In this document: one piece after another, positions 29,659-40,865 of the stretch
How the letters are laid out: each line of letters opens with the position of its first letter
How positions within the stretch are numbered: the first letter of the stretch is position 1
Origin: a virus
Taxonomy: Duplodnaviria; Caudoviricetes
Virus record (IMG/VR): IMGVR_UViG_3300021400_000612
Location: 1-64,000 of that record
Length of the DNA stretch: 64,000 nt
Direction: 5' to 3' (one strand)
Notes under the pieces: generated by a model
What the model saw: only the letters and a program-made list of their open reading frames with translations
Databases searched by the model: none
What the model was told of the DNA's origin: nothing
Translations under genes and position numbers: made by a program

Positions 29659-31002
29659 ATGGCAGAAGTTGATATTGATTTTGAAGGTCAGGGCGGTAAC
29701 GCAGATAATGGCGGCTCTGGTAACGGAACTCAAGGTGGCTCTGGTAACGGTGCTAATGGAGGTCAGCAAGGAAATGGTGAAGTTACTGCTTTGAATGGTG
29801 GCGGCACTGCTGATATTACTGGCAAAGATAACCAAGGTCAAGGTTCTGAAGGTAACGGTGATGGTCAAGGTAACCAAGGTGGTGAAGGTGAAGGTGATGG
29901 TGCTGGAGATGGACAGGGTAGTCAGCAAGATAACTCTTCTTCTACGGGGGAGCTTGTACCTGGTGACAATGTTGAATTTGAAGGCGAAACCTACACTGTA
30001 GCTGAGAATGGTGATTTAGTTGACAAAGATGGTAAAATCTTTAAAGAAGCTAAAGATGTAAAAGAATGGATTGAATCTCTTCAAGAAGAAACTGATGATA
30101 CCATTAGTCTTGAAACTATTCAGGATGCTTTTGGTCAGACTATTGTTGGGGAAGATGGAAAACCTGTAGAATTTACGAATGATGCTGCTGGTGTTCAGGC
30201 TTATGTTAAAGCTGTAGTAGATTTACAGCGTAACGAAATAGCCGAAGGTGCTGTTAATAAATTGTATGCTGATAATCCTTTGCTTAAGCAGTTTATTGAT
30301 TACGTTCAGGTTAATGGTTCTCCTCGTGGTTTTGGTGAACTTCCTGATAGAACTGGTTGGCAGATTGATAAAGATAATGCAGTTCAGCAGGAAACTATCG
30401 TTCGTATGGCAGCCAGAGAATTTGGTAATGCTTCTTTGAATGACAATTATATTAAATATCTTAAAGACACAGGTGGTCTTTATGACGAGGCTGTAAATCA
30501 ACTTAAAGCTTTGCAGGATAAAGATAAAACTGTTAGAGCTGAGATTGAACAGCGTGCTAATGCTGCTCGTGCACAAGAGCAACAAGAAATTGAAACATAT
30601 TGGAATAAAGTTAATGACGTTATTAACGGCAGAACTATTGCTGGATATAAACTGCCTGACAGTTTTGTTAAAGAAGTGGATGGTAAAAAGCAAACTCTAA
30701 CACCTACAGACTTCTATAATTATCTTAGTAGGCAAACTGAAGTTGATGCTGATGGTAACAGAATTACTGGATATCAGAAAGACCTAGCGAATGAATCTGA
30801 TGATGATTATTTAGCTCGTGAGCTAATTACTGCTTGGCTTATGTTTACTGGTGGTACGTATAAAGATTTAGCTACTATGGCTATTAAGGAGAACGAGGTT
30901 CGTACTCTTAAACTTAAATCAAAAGAAAATCGTGCTCATAAAACAGTAAAAGTGACTAAGCCTGCTAGTAAATCAACACTTGATGATGTTCTTCTAGGTT
31001 AA
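29659..31002 (+). CDS. putative scaffold/head protein upstream of MCP
   Basis: Acidic Gly/Gln-rich disordered N-terminus, helical body; position before MCP. Confidence 0.6.
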   Translation: MAEVDIDFEGQGGNADNGGSGNGTQGGSGNGANGGQQGNGEVTALNGGGTADITGKDNQGQGSEGNGDGQGNQGGEGEGDGAGDGQGSQQDNSSSTGELVPGDNVEFEGETYTVAENGDLVDKDGKIFKEAKDVKEWIESLQEETDDTISLETIQDAFGQTIVGEDGKPVEFTNDAAGVQAYVKAVVDLQRNEIAEGAVNKLYADNPLLKQFIDYVQVNGSPRGFGELPDRTGWQIDKDNAVQQETIVRMAAREFGNASLNDNYIKYLKDTGGLYDEAVNQLKALQDKDKTVRAEIEQRANAARAQEQQEIETYWNKVNDVINGRTIAGYKLPDSFVKEVDGKKQTLTPTDFYNYLSRQTEVDADGNRITGYQKDLANESDDDYLARELITAWLMFTGGTYKDLATMAIKENEVRTLKLKSKENRAHKTVKVTKPASKSTLDDVLLG

Positions 31003-31035
31003 TCACAACTAAAGTTTAATAATTAATTAAAAGTT

Positions 31036-32511
31036 ATGTACAGACTTAGAGAAGTAAAACGTGGCACTTATGATGACCGTGGTTACTCTAATGAGGAAAC
31101 CATTGCCAATCTTGCCATTACTAAAGCTGCGGAAATCAACAACGTTCTGACTTACACTTATGGTTATGACGATGATAGATTCCCGCTTACATTCTTGACA
31201 GAGGGTCAGGGTTCTATCGGTACAGTTGATATTGACACAGTTCAGTGGACTTGGAAGACTATGGGTCGTACTAAGTTTAATGACTATGTTCTTTGGTTCA
31301 ACACTGCAAATACTACTCCTGGTAAGGGTGGTGCTCAATTTGAGGTTGAATTTGCTACTCATTGGTTTATTGAGCAGTATGGTTTGATTGCACCCGATGG
31401 TATGACTCAGGTTCGTATTATGAAAGACCTTGGTCCTGGTGCTCATGGTGGTTATCTTTATAGACTTCAAATTACTAGTCCTAATCCTAATGCTTTTGTA
31501 GACCCCGATTTGCTTGCTGTTGGTAAGTATTGGACTCTTAGCGCTCCTACTATCCCTGAGAGTTATTCTAAGGGTAATCGTAGTAATGTTATGGGACCTG
31601 GTAAGATGACTTCTCAACTTGAGTTCCACCGTTATTCTAAGGAAATTGCTGGTAATCTGAGTAACGTTATTGTTACTTATGAGTTTAGGACAAAGAATGG
31701 TGGTACTACCAATCTTTGGATTAACGAAGAGATGCGTCAGCATGACCTTCAGATTCGTGTTATGGATGAAGAACGTCTTTGGTTTGCAGAATATAACCGT
31801 CTTGAAGATGGTACTATTCCTTTGATTGACCCTGATAATGGTAATCCCATTCCTCATACTGCTGGTATGCAGCAGATTTGTCGTGAATCTAACTACGATA
31901 CTTATGGAGAGCGTCTTACTCTTAATAAGTTTAATCGTACTATTGGTGATGTTCTTGATAAGTCTACCGATACAGGTTCTATGGAAGTAGTTCTTGGTTG
32001 TGGTAAAGGCTTTGTTGAGGACTTTGACCTTATGATTCGTGAGGATGCTAAGTCAGAAGGGTTCCTTACTCCTCTTGGTGATAAGATGATTGAGGAAACT
32101 GAAGGTGGTCTTTCTTATGGTAAGTACTTCCGTCAGTATAAGACTGTTGATGGTCATACTATTACTTTGAAGACTCTGTCGTTCTTGACTAAGGGTTCTC
32201 TTGCTGATAGTGACCGTGCTAATGGTAACATTCATCCTCGTACTGGTCTTCCTATGTGTTCTCACCAGGCATTTATGCTTGATATGAGTACTTATGAAGG
32301 TGTTCGTAATATTCGTAAGGTTCGTCAGAAGGGTCAGATTTATCATCAGGGTGTTCTGAAGGGTCTTACTCCTATTCCTGCTTCTTGGGGTGCTGTTCCT
32401 AACAATAGTATTTCTACTACTGTTGATAAGAGCTCTTACGAAATCAAGAACTCTTACGGTCTGCAAGTGAACAACGCTACTAAAATGATGCAGTTGAAGT
32501 GTGTTCTGTAA
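31036..32511 (+). CDS. major capsid protein
   Basis: MYRLREVKRGTYDDRGYSNEE N-terminus typical of crAss MCP; 491 aa; high-expression codon usage. Confidence 0.9.
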   Translation: MYRLREVKRGTYDDRGYSNEETIANLAITKAAEINNVLTYTYGYDDDRFPLTFLTEGQGSIGTVDIDTVQWTWKTMGRTKFNDYVLWFNTANTTPGKGGAQFEVEFATHWFIEQYGLIAPDGMTQVRIMKDLGPGAHGGYLYRLQITSPNPNAFVDPDLLAVGKYWTLSAPTIPESYSKGNRSNVMGPGKMTSQLEFHRYSKEIAGNLSNVIVTYEFRTKNGGTTNLWINEEMRQHDLQIRVMDEERLWFAEYNRLEDGTIPLIDPDNGNPIPHTAGMQQICRESNYDTYGERLTLNKFNRTIGDVLDKSTDTGSMEVVLGCGKGFVEDFDLMIREDAKSEGFLTPLGDKMIEETEGGLSYGKYFRQYKTVDGHTITLKTLSFLTKGSLADSDRANGNIHPRTGLPMCSHQAFMLDMSTYEGVRNIRKVRQKGQIYHQGVLKGLTPIPASWGAVPNNSISTTVDKSSYEIKNSYGLQVNNATKMMQLKCVL

Positions 32512-32537
32512 TTATTGATTAATAAAAGATTTAAACA

Positions 32538-33638
32538 ATGGATAATAATAAACCTACACCACAGGTAAATCCTGCTAATGTTAATGGAGGTAAGACAGTA
32601 GCTGAGAATACTGCCGCTAAAGAAGCCGAACTTAATGAGCCATATCTCGATAAGCGTACTGTGACTATTGCTCCAGTACAACTTTTCTCAGCTTATCGTA
32701 ACGCTAACAAAGCTAGCATTGGTCCTCGTAAGACTGTGATTGGAAGTTCTATTAACTCTAGTCGTATTCTTTCGTCTAATAAGGGTGAAGTTGAGGCTTA
32801 TTTCCCTGAACTTATCGGTATATCTCCGAGTCATCAAGAATTTACATCTCACGTTAAGGCTTACCTTAATAATATTTCTTTCAATGTTAATGAAAAGGGT
32901 ACTCCTCTGAATATCTCTTTCCGTTACAACCATAAGAAAGATTATTTAAAGATTAAGGAACAAGAAGATAAGATTAATGCTAAGCGAGATGCTGTTGCTA
33001 GAAACAATACATCTGCTATTAAGGATGCTATTAAGGTTTGGGTGACTGAAATTAATGAACTTGAATCAAGTAAATATTTATATGGTCGTCCAGAAAATAT
33101 TGAAGAATATCTTATTTATCGTCATTGTATTCTTTATCGTGACGTAGCTAAGGATATTTCTTTGATTAATTCAGATGCTTCTCTTAGATTCTATATTCGT
33201 GACGAAAATAAAGAAGCAGAGCGTGCTAAGAGACTTGTTGATGAACGTCGTAAAGCTATGCGTAACTTCCTTGCACTTGAAGCTAGTGACAAGAAACGTA
33301 ATGCTGTTTACATTCAAATGATTGTAAACAATAATGGCAACGTTGGTGAAGCTATGCTTAAGTCTGCAGACGAACAAGTTTCTGCTCTTATGTCTTTCCT
33401 TAATGAAAATCCTGATAAGTTCAACAACTTGTTTGAGGATAAGAATGTTGAAATGAAGGCGTTTATCGAAAGTCTTATTTCTAGAGGTGAGCTTATACGT
33501 CCAGAATACAATCAACAGATTTCTACAGCTGATGGTACATTTATTGGTAGTAATATGAATGAGGCTGTTGCTTATTTCAATAATCCTAACAACAAATCTG
33601 TACTTGAAGCAATGCAGAATAAATACAAGTTATTCTAA
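32538..33638 (+). CDS. conserved crAss protein downstream of MCP
   Basis: 366 aa; synteny. Confidence 0.65.
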   Translation: MDNNKPTPQVNPANVNGGKTVAENTAAKEAELNEPYLDKRTVTIAPVQLFSAYRNANKASIGPRKTVIGSSINSSRILSSNKGEVEAYFPELIGISPSHQEFTSHVKAYLNNISFNVNEKGTPLNISFRYNHKKDYLKIKEQEDKINAKRDAVARNNTSAIKDAIKVWVTEINELESSKYLYGRPENIEEYLIYRHCILYRDVAKDISLINSDASLRFYIRDENKEAERAKRLVDERRKAMRNFLALEASDKKRNAVYIQMIVNNNGNVGEAMLKSADEQVSALMSFLNENPDKFNNLFEDKNVEMKAFIESLISRGELIRPEYNQQISTADGTFIGSNMNEAVAYFNNPNNKSVLEAMQNKYKLF

Positions 33639-33650
33639 ATATTCTGAGTT

Positions 33651-34481
33651 ATGACATTAATGGAAATGCACATATGGTTTAGACAATATGCTACTCAAAT
33701 GGGTATGCAAAATGTTCGTGCACTTCTCCCTGAACAGATTGACACCTTCATTAATACTTCCACTATGGATACTATTAGTGAAGTGGTCAATCGTAATGTC
33801 GGAACAACTAACGATAGAATCATTACGGATAACGCTAAACTCGCTAACATTAATGCACTTCGTACACTATATAAAGTAAAAACGTATACTGTTTCTGATG
33901 GAGGTACTGTTAATTCTTATAAAGACAATCCTCTTATTTTACATACAGATACTATACTTGGTGATGCTAAAGCATTATATCTTGTTGATTTTTCAATTAA
34001 GTATACTAACAATTCTGTAACTCCTGCTACTGCTACGAGGTTATTTCCTATTCGTATTATAGATGAATCTAAACTTGCTGATGTTCTTAACGATTGGGTA
34101 CTTTCTCCTCGTATGAATGCTCCAGTAATGGTTGTATATGCTAAGGAAAATTCTATAGAGGCTAGTACATTAGAAATCTATCTAGGTGAAAATAATGATA
34201 CAGGTATGTCTACTATAGCAGATAGTTTAACTGTTAGAGAAATTAGAATGTCTTACATTAAACATCCTAATGTTGTTAAATACTTACGTGATATTGGTGG
34301 AACTAATGTAGATTCTGACCTTCCTGAACATCTTCATATTCCTATGCTTAAGCACGCTGTTGACCTTTATAGAGTTTCTATTCAAGGTTCTCTGTATGCT
34401 AATCAACAGAATGCTCAACAAAATCAACAAGAGCTTGTTAGAAATAATGCTCGTCCTGATAATGATGGTTATCAATCTTAA
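33651..34481 (+). CDS. putative tail ring/adaptor protein
   Basis: MHIWFRQ...EQIDTFIN...SDLPEHLH pattern of head-tail adaptors; synteny. Confidence 0.6.
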   Translation: MTLMEMHIWFRQYATQMGMQNVRALLPEQIDTFINTSTMDTISEVVNRNVGTTNDRIITDNAKLANINALRTLYKVKTYTVSDGGTVNSYKDNPLILHTDTILGDAKALYLVDFSIKYTNNSVTPATATRLFPIRIIDESKLADVLNDWVLSPRMNAPVMVVYAKENSIEASTLEIYLGENNDTGMSTIADSLTVREIRMSYIKHPNVVKYLRDIGGTNVDSDLPEHLHIPMLKHAVDLYRVSIQGSLYANQQNAQQNQQELVRNNARPDNDGYQS

Positions 34482-34497
34482 ATTAATTTTATAACAA

Positions 34498-35436
34498 ATG
34501 AAACAGTTACTTATTGTAAATAGTGCTAAGGCTGTCAAGACTGGTATCGCAGATGACTTGACTGTTCTTGATGCAGGTCAGATTGGTTTCTTCCATCTGA
34601 GTCCTGATGCTTCTGGTGCTAACGAAGGTAAAGTTACATTCTTTAATACAAAGCCTACTGAGAACTTTGGTATTGCTTTGGGTAGAGGTGCTAATGTTCC
34701 TGCTTTCGTTATTCCCGAAGTAGATATTAATACCCTTAATGTTAACTTTGCTGCTCCTGCTGCTGGCGTGAAGTTCAAGGGTGAGATTACTATTCCTGCT
34801 CCTGCAGAAGGTGACAATTTCACTCTGACTATTGTTAAGAAGGGTACTGTTCCTGGAGAACGTTATCAGTGGAATGTTACTGATAGTCGTCGTGTTGGTA
34901 AGTCTATGTCTGCTGCTGATATGGCTAAATCTCTTGGCGACCAACTTAAGGCTATTGCTGATGCAGGTTCTATTAACATTGTAGTTACTGTAGCTTCCGC
35001 TAAGATTACAGTTGATGGTCTTAATGTTGGCGAGCAGTTTAACCTTTTGGCTGGCGATGACCTGTTTGGTACAACTGTAACAATTACTGAGGCTAAGTCT
35101 AACATTGGTGATACAGCTTATATTCAGGATTTGGCTCAGCGCTGTGCTGCAGGTAAAGGCTTTGTATATCTTGACCAAGAGTCTAAGGATATCTATCCTG
35201 GTTATCCTGAGGCAGTAGAACAGATTGCTCAAGCCGATATTGCTACTAAGGGTTACACTGTATTTAATCTTCGTTTCGCTACTAAGCGTATGAGTGGTAA
35301 GACTAGTGACGAACAAGTTTGGCAGTATGTACACATTGCTGTTCCTACTGACAATGCTAGTTTGGACACTATTAAGGCTATTCTTGAACAGCCTGTCTTG
35401 CCTAACGTTCCTGCTGAAGAAGCTGAAGAACCTTAA
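34498..35436 (+). CDS. putative auxiliary capsid protein
   Basis: 312 aa beta-rich, high-expression codon usage, last gene of the capsid operon. Confidence 0.5.
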   Translation: MKQLLIVNSAKAVKTGIADDLTVLDAGQIGFFHLSPDASGANEGKVTFFNTKPTENFGIALGRGANVPAFVIPEVDINTLNVNFAAPAAGVKFKGEITIPAPAEGDNFTLTIVKKGTVPGERYQWNVTDSRRVGKSMSAADMAKSLGDQLKAIADAGSINIVVTVASAKITVDGLNVGEQFNLLAGDDLFGTTVTITEAKSNIGDTAYIQDLAQRCAAGKGFVYLDQESKDIYPGYPEAVEQIAQADIATKGYTVFNLRFATKRMSGKTSDEQVWQYVHIAVPTDNASLDTIKAILEQPVLPNVPAEEAEEP

Positions 35437-35449
35437 GTTGATTAAGTAA

Positions 35450-35482
35450 TCCATCACCTCTTCTACGGGGGGAGGTGATGGA
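35450..35482 (+). terminator. hairpin after capsid operon with dispersed motif in loop
   Basis: TCCATCACCTC-ttctacggggg-GAGGTGATGGA; no strong U-tract. Confidence 0.55.
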
Positions 35483-35500
35483 CTTAATACTTAAATTATT

Positions 35501-36124
35501 ATGAACGATTTTCAAACAATTAATGAAATTGTTAGTGAAAGTGTTCGTAACTCTTCTTATTACACAGTTGCTATTTCAAGTTGCGTTTTCATTCTTTATA
35601 CACTAATAGTTAATCTTATTAGTTATTTCAAATCTAAAAGTAAGAATAAACCTCTTTTAGAAATGAGTAAAGCGATGAAAGAAATGACTGAGAATATAGT
35701 TAAACTTAATGCTGTATTAGATAAAACTTTTAAAGAAGCTGAAAGAAAAGAAGTTCATAAATGTAAAAATGTAATTGATTTAGCCTTTAGAAACTTTGCA
35801 AGTCGTATAAGTCAAGAATGTGAAGATATAATTACACATAATAACATTGAAAAGAACAAAGCGTTTATTACTGATAATATAACTAAGTTAGTTAGTACAG
35901 AATATTATAAACTTTATTCTATTCTTTCATCTTATGAAATAAACGAAGTAAATGTTGCTACTAGATTAAAAGAAGAGTGGATTAAGGAAGTTGCGGATAA
36001 TATGATAGCTATTGTTTATGATGGACAAGAAGCTATCTCTCGAATAAATCAACTTAACGGTAGACTACTTGTCTATATTGGTGAATATTCGACTTACATT
36101 AATAATAAGACATTTAATACATAA
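35501..36124 (+). CDS. membrane-anchored hypothetical protein
   Basis: N-terminal TM plus helical body. Confidence 0.6.
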   Translation: MNDFQTINEIVSESVRNSSYYTVAISSCVFILYTLIVNLISYFKSKSKNKPLLEMSKAMKEMTENIVKLNAVLDKTFKEAERKEVHKCKNVIDLAFRNFASRISQECEDIITHNNIEKNKAFITDNITKLVSTEYYKLYSILSSYEINEVNVATRLKEEWIKEVADNMIAIVYDGQEAISRINQLNGRLLVYIGEYSTYINNKTFNT

Positions 36125-36129
36125 GGTTT

Positions 36130-36366
36130 ATGTTATACGATGCCGAAAAGAAACAAGATATGCTAGATACTCTTAATAATAGAGTGTCTAGCATTGTTGA
36201 TGTTTGCGTGGCACTAGTTCAAGAAGGTTATATTCCTAATAAGTCTAAACAAACTAAGCTTAGTTGGAGTATGATTATGATTAATGCTTTTGAAAACATT
36301 GACGTTCTTTCTGTTGAACAGCATAATAACCTTGAAGAATTATATAATAAAGTTATGATGTTATGA
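36130..36366 (+). CDS. hypothetical protein
   Basis: 78 aa, coupled to the next gene. Confidence 0.55.
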   Translation: MLYDAEKKQDMLDTLNNRVSSIVDVCVALVQEGYIPNKSKQTKLSWSMIMINAFENIDVLSVEQHNNLEELYNKVMML

Positions 36367-37076
36367 GCTACAGAAAAGAAGTTACTCCAGAGTATGTTTA
36401 TTTAACTATTCCAGCAGAGTACGTTTGTGTTTATCATCGTATTATGGCAATGCTTGCTGATTATGGTGAGGAAATGCTTAAAGATTGTAAAGCAAATTGT
36501 ACTGACAAGAATAGTGGAGTTATTGAGTGTTTTAATATGTTTAATGCTGCTTGTGCTGCAAGAATCTTAGGTCAAGATAAAAAAGCACAACTTATTATTA
36601 ATTATATTAAAGCTAAGATAAATCAAATATATAAAGGTAAAGGCAATTCAACAAGCTTTGTATTTCCTATTGATGAAAATGGAGTACTTAAAGCTTTTGT
36701 TAGTTGTAATGATAGACCTCGTTTTTGGATTAATGAAGAAGAAGATTTAATGAAACAAAATCAAGGTCTTGGATTTGAAGAAACATATTCACTTGATGAT
36801 GAAAATGAAACATACATTTATCCATTTGATTTTGAATGTGAAGCCTCTATAGATAATCATATTATTTCTACTAATCTAACATTTTATGTCGATAGCAAAC
36901 TTATTCCTGAAGAAGAAATTTCTAATGTTGAAGTAGAGTATTATGTTGATGGAAAATATGTTCCAGACCTTTCTACATATGAAATTACTAATCCTACAAG
37001 TGTAGCACTTAAAGTTATTGCTTATTATAAAGGTGGAACTAATAATCATAATTATGTAATTAGCACTTATGAATAA
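36363..37076 (+). CDS. conserved structural-region protein
   Basis: 237 aa. Confidence 0.6.
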   Translation: MSYRKEVTPEYVYLTIPAEYVCVYHRIMAMLADYGEEMLKDCKANCTDKNSGVIECFNMFNAACAARILGQDKKAQLIINYIKAKINQIYKGKGNSTSFVFPIDENGVLKAFVSCNDRPRFWINEEEDLMKQNQGLGFEETYSLDDENETYIYPFDFECEASIDNHIISTNLTFYVDSKLIPEEEISNVEVEYYVDGKYVPDLSTYEITNPTSVALKVIAYYKGGTNNHNYVISTYE

Positions 37077-37998
37077 TACAATTGAAGATTTAGGAAAAGT
37101 AGGAATAATTATAGACGATTGGAATATTCGTAGAGCATATCCTTTTAAGACTTTTGTCACAGATTATTCTACTTGGGTTTCTTATATTAGTCGCAGACCT
37201 GTTCCTGCTGGTACTCCTCTTACTGATATAACTTATTGGAAACCTGTTATTAAACCAAATAAACAAATGTATATTTGGCTTCAAGATATTGATAATAAGA
37301 TTGAATCTTTTCTTGAAAGTATTGGTGGTACTGCTATCAGTACTAAATTTGGAAATAGCGATTTGGTTGGTATTTCTCAAAGAGTTCTTACTGAGTCTAT
37401 TAATAGAATTTGGGATAAGATTGATGAACTTACAGGTGAAGACCATAGACACATAAATATGACAATTACTCCAGATTTCTTTATAGGAGATGAATGCAGT
37501 ATTACTATGGCTGCTTCAGCTACTGAAACTGGAGGAATATTTGATTATATAGAGTTTCTTATTAATGGTCAATCCTTTGAAGGAAATAGTGCTGAAAGTG
37601 TAAACAGCTTTACTTGTACTTCAACTATTACTGAAGAATGTGATGTAACGTGTAATGTTAAAATTCTTGGACAAGATTATTCTGTTACTAAACATGTTGG
37701 ACATAATGATGAATTTTGGATTGGAGCTGGAAGTACTTACAGCGATGTATTTAATAACCAACACGCAGTAAGACTTAATAATTTTAAAGGTAATTATAAC
37801 ATCACTTTTGCTCAAAATAATTATTTGTTCGTTATTGTTCCAAGTCAGTATAGTGATATTTTTACTAGAGCTGATTTAAATGGAATAGAAATTCCTATGA
37901 CTAGTGAAACTATAACTGTTGATGATATAAATTATACTGTTTATAAGTCTTCTAGTAATTATTCTGCTGGAACTTATAATATTGATATTAATTCTTAA
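37069..37998 (+). CDS. tail fibre-associated structural protein
   Basis: WNIRRAY...YISRRPVPAG anchor-like N-terminus; Ig-like middle; C-terminal domain similar to 40866..42269. Confidence 0.55.
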   Translation: MNNTIEDLGKVGIIIDDWNIRRAYPFKTFVTDYSTWVSYISRRPVPAGTPLTDITYWKPVIKPNKQMYIWLQDIDNKIESFLESIGGTAISTKFGNSDLVGISQRVLTESINRIWDKIDELTGEDHRHINMTITPDFFIGDECSITMAASATETGGIFDYIEFLINGQSFEGNSAESVNSFTCTSTITEECDVTCNVKILGQDYSVTKHVGHNDEFWIGAGSTYSDVFNNQHAVRLNNFKGNYNITFAQNNYLFVIVPSQYSDIFTRADLNGIEIPMTSETITVDDINYTVYKSSSNYSAGTYNIDINS

Positions 37999-38009
37999 AA
38001 TATATAATT

Positions 38010-40133
38010 ATGGGTAATAATAATGTTCCTGGGTCTAATCAAAATGTTAACGTTCAAGTTAGAAGTTTAACTACTGACCCAAATGTTACAAGTCAATATA
38101 AAACTAAAATTCTTCATAAAAATGTTGTAAACGGAGTTAATACTCTTACACAAGCAATGATGCCTGCTCAGAATACTAAGTATGTTATCAAGTACGACTA
38201 TGTGCTTGCAGAGGATATTACTGTACCTGATAATTGTATTATTGAATTTGATGGTGGTAGTATTAGTGGAAGTTATACCTTAACAGGTCAAAACACTTTT
38301 GTAAAAGGGTTAGCAGAAAGTTTTCTAAAGAATGATATTGTCATAGCTGGCACATGGAATATAGAGAACTTGATTTTGCCAAAAGAAACAGACGTAACAG
38401 CACTTGTCCAAAAGATGCTTGATTTATTTGGATATGTTAAGTTTGGCATTGGAACATATTACTTATCTGATACTATTATTATTAGAAATAACTTTTCTAC
38501 TATTATTGGTTGCGGAAGCTATAAAACATATATAAAACCTTTGCCATCACTACAAAGCACTATTACAAATGTATTTAAGACATTGCTTCCAGGAGAAGAA
38601 GGCACAGATAGTGGAAGGTATTATATTGCTGAGCGTATTACTATTAAAGACCTATCAATTATAGGCGCTGTAAATGCTAGTAGAATTTTTGAAGATGCTA
38701 TAATAGTAAATGGTCCATCATCTATTATTGATAATGTTAATATTTCCAGTATTAACGGTTTTGGTATTAAAATAGGATGTTGGTGTAATAGAATCATTAA
38801 TTGTGTAATTGACCATTATAGTGGCACAGGTATTATAGCAGGAGGTAATGGTCCTTGCAATAATCTTGTTATAAACAAATGTAGAATTGAGTCTGGTAAG
38901 TATGGTATCAGATTATTTAGTGGAGGAAACATTGTTGTAAGAGATAATACGATAGAAGGAAACTCAAAGACTGATGTTTATGTGGGAAGTTCTCAGAATA
39001 TAGTTATAGAAGGAAATTACTTTGAGGGTTCCCCACTGATTCCAAAAGAAAATGTCAATATTCAAGATAATTTATCGGTTGCTGACATTACTGATGATAT
39101 AAAAGCACATATTATTGTAGCAGGAGGTATAGTAGGAGGCGCAGATATATCGGTTGGTAATATATTTTGTCCTTGTGGTGTTTCTATTAGAAAAAATTTT
39201 GTTGAATCGGAGGAAGGACAGGATAAAAATATTGTTGCTATCGGTTCTTGTGTTGGTTATCTTACTATTGAAGATAATGTGTCAAGATTTAATAGGACTG
39301 TAGCTAAGTTCTTGGATTTTGGTTCATCAAAATTTAAAAATGTAACAATTGAAGGAAATGTTGGCTTTGATAGTAATGCAAATTACATTTTAAACCCTAT
39401 TGAATTTGCAACTTCTTTTGCTTATATTCAATCTTCTTGGCAAGGTGATGAACATTTTAAAGGGGATATTGTTTTAGACAATCCTGATAAAGTAGAACAT
39501 ATAATTGGTAATAATGTCAATATATGGGGAATAATAAGGCAAGAGTTTTTATCTCGCTCTATACAATCTTTAAAACAAATAGATGGCGAACTTATAATAG
39601 AAGCTGATTTTAGTAATTCCCAAAATATAAACACTATAGGTTTTCCACAAACATCTGTAAGTTCTGGCATTTATAGATTTGAGTGTGATGTGAAATTATT
39701 AAGTGGGACTGTTATTGACAATAGCTTAACTATTTACGCCAATAGATACCAAAGTGATAATTACTCAAACAGTTGTAAAGTTGCTATTACTCCTACAACT
39801 GAATGGAAGCACATTATACTAAACATATCTGTTCCTAACGGCATTATAGATAAGGTAGGAATAGAGATAACAAATAAATCAGGTAATAATAAATACTTAA
39901 TTAAAAATCCAATTGCGTATAAAGTTGGATTAAATAAACCTAATATAGAATATTATATTCAAGAATGTGCAAATATCTATCAAAATAATACTGCTATTGA
40001 AGGTTTTAACACTCGTAATTCTCAAATAGGAATAAGAGGCTTGAATAAAAACGGTGAACCTTGTATTGTTACTAATCATGATGCAAATGGTTATGACACT
40101 TGGAGCACCGTTCAATCCGTTTTGAATTTGTAA
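38010..40133 (+). CDS. tail spike with right-handed beta-helix (pectin-lyase-like)
   Basis: KILHKNVVNGVNTLTQ...NCIIEFDGGS anchor; FGIGTYYLSDTI; repeated I..N.I beta-helix rungs. Confidence 0.8.
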   Translation: MGNNNVPGSNQNVNVQVRSLTTDPNVTSQYKTKILHKNVVNGVNTLTQAMMPAQNTKYVIKYDYVLAEDITVPDNCIIEFDGGSISGSYTLTGQNTFVKGLAESFLKNDIVIAGTWNIENLILPKETDVTALVQKMLDLFGYVKFGIGTYYLSDTIIIRNNFSTIIGCGSYKTYIKPLPSLQSTITNVFKTLLPGEEGTDSGRYYIAERITIKDLSIIGAVNASRIFEDAIIVNGPSSIIDNVNISSINGFGIKIGCWCNRIINCVIDHYSGTGIIAGGNGPCNNLVINKCRIESGKYGIRLFSGGNIVVRDNTIEGNSKTDVYVGSSQNIVIEGNYFEGSPLIPKENVNIQDNLSVADITDDIKAHIIVAGGIVGGADISVGNIFCPCGVSIRKNFVESEEGQDKNIVAIGSCVGYLTIEDNVSRFNRTVAKFLDFGSSKFKNVTIEGNVGFDSNANYILNPIEFATSFAYIQSSWQGDEHFKGDIVLDNPDKVEHIIGNNVNIWGIIRQEFLSRSIQSLKQIDGELIIEADFSNSQNINTIGFPQTSVSSGIYRFECDVKLLSGTVIDNSLTIYANRYQSDNYSNSCKVAITPTTEWKHIILNISVPNGIIDKVGIEITNKSGNNKYLIKNPIAYKVGLNKPNIEYYIQECANIYQNNTAIEGFNTRNSQIGIRGLNKNGEPCIVTNHDANGYDTWSTVQSVLNL

Positions 40134-40262
40134 AGATGCAAAAGGTGCAACAGTATAAACATTAAGAGCTATGACTAAAGAAGATAAGGTTACTAATTCT
40201 AATATGCCTTATAGAAATCTAACTTTTAAAGAGTATATTAATAAACTTAAAAATGGAGAAAT

Positions 40263-40511
40263 ATGACATATAAAGAAGAAAGTTATGTTCTTGATACTCT
40301 CAAAGAGATACAAGAAACTATTAGAAGTCCTGAGTTTAAACAACTTATAAAAGAAACTCACGAGAATAATATTATGCTTAGACAGATTATTAAAGTTATT
40401 AATACGTGGATTAAACATCATCCTCAAGAAAATGCTAATGATTTTAATATGAATGTTATAGCTAATCTTGTTAGTAGCGGACTTGATTTTAATAAAATAT
40501 TTAAAAGATAA
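40263..40511 (+). CDS. hypothetical protein
   Basis: 82 aa, coupled to the holin. Confidence 0.55.
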   Translation: MTYKEESYVLDTLKEIQETIRSPEFKQLIKETHENNIMLRQIIKVINTWIKHHPQENANDFNMNVIANLVSSGLDFNKIFKR

Positions 40512-40831
40512 TGGAGATACTAAGTAATACAATACAAACTACTCTTGAAAGTTTTGACTTTGCGTTTTGCATCATAGTTAATGTTCTAACTTATCTTATA
40601 ATTAGACTTATCAATGATAGAAATGGACACAAAGATTTAACAACTTGGAGTAAAAGACTTGTGTTGTTGTTGGTAATTCTTTCTATGGGGGTGCTATACT
40701 ATCTATTAGGTAATGATACTAAAGCTATCTTAAACAGTGCTATTCTTGCTCCTGTTTTTTGGTCTTGGATTATGAAACCTATATGTAAGTATTTCAAAGT
40801 TGATTATAAGAATGTTAATCTTTTTGATTAG
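40511..40831 (+). CDS. putative holin
   Basis: 106 aa, three TM segments, charged C-terminus. Confidence 0.6.
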   Translation: MEILSNTIQTTLESFDFAFCIIVNVLTYLIIRLINDRNGHKDLTTWSKRLVLLLVILSMGVLYYLLGNDTKAILNSAILAPVFWSWIMKPICKYFKVDYKNVNLFD

Positions 40832-40865
40832 CACGCCCGTAGAAGAAATGTATAATTAGATTATT

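Noticed and set aside
29617-35457. Long antisense ORFs (31027..31857, 34507..35457, 29617..29928)
   Set aside because: Shadows of strongly biased codon usage in capsid-operon genes.
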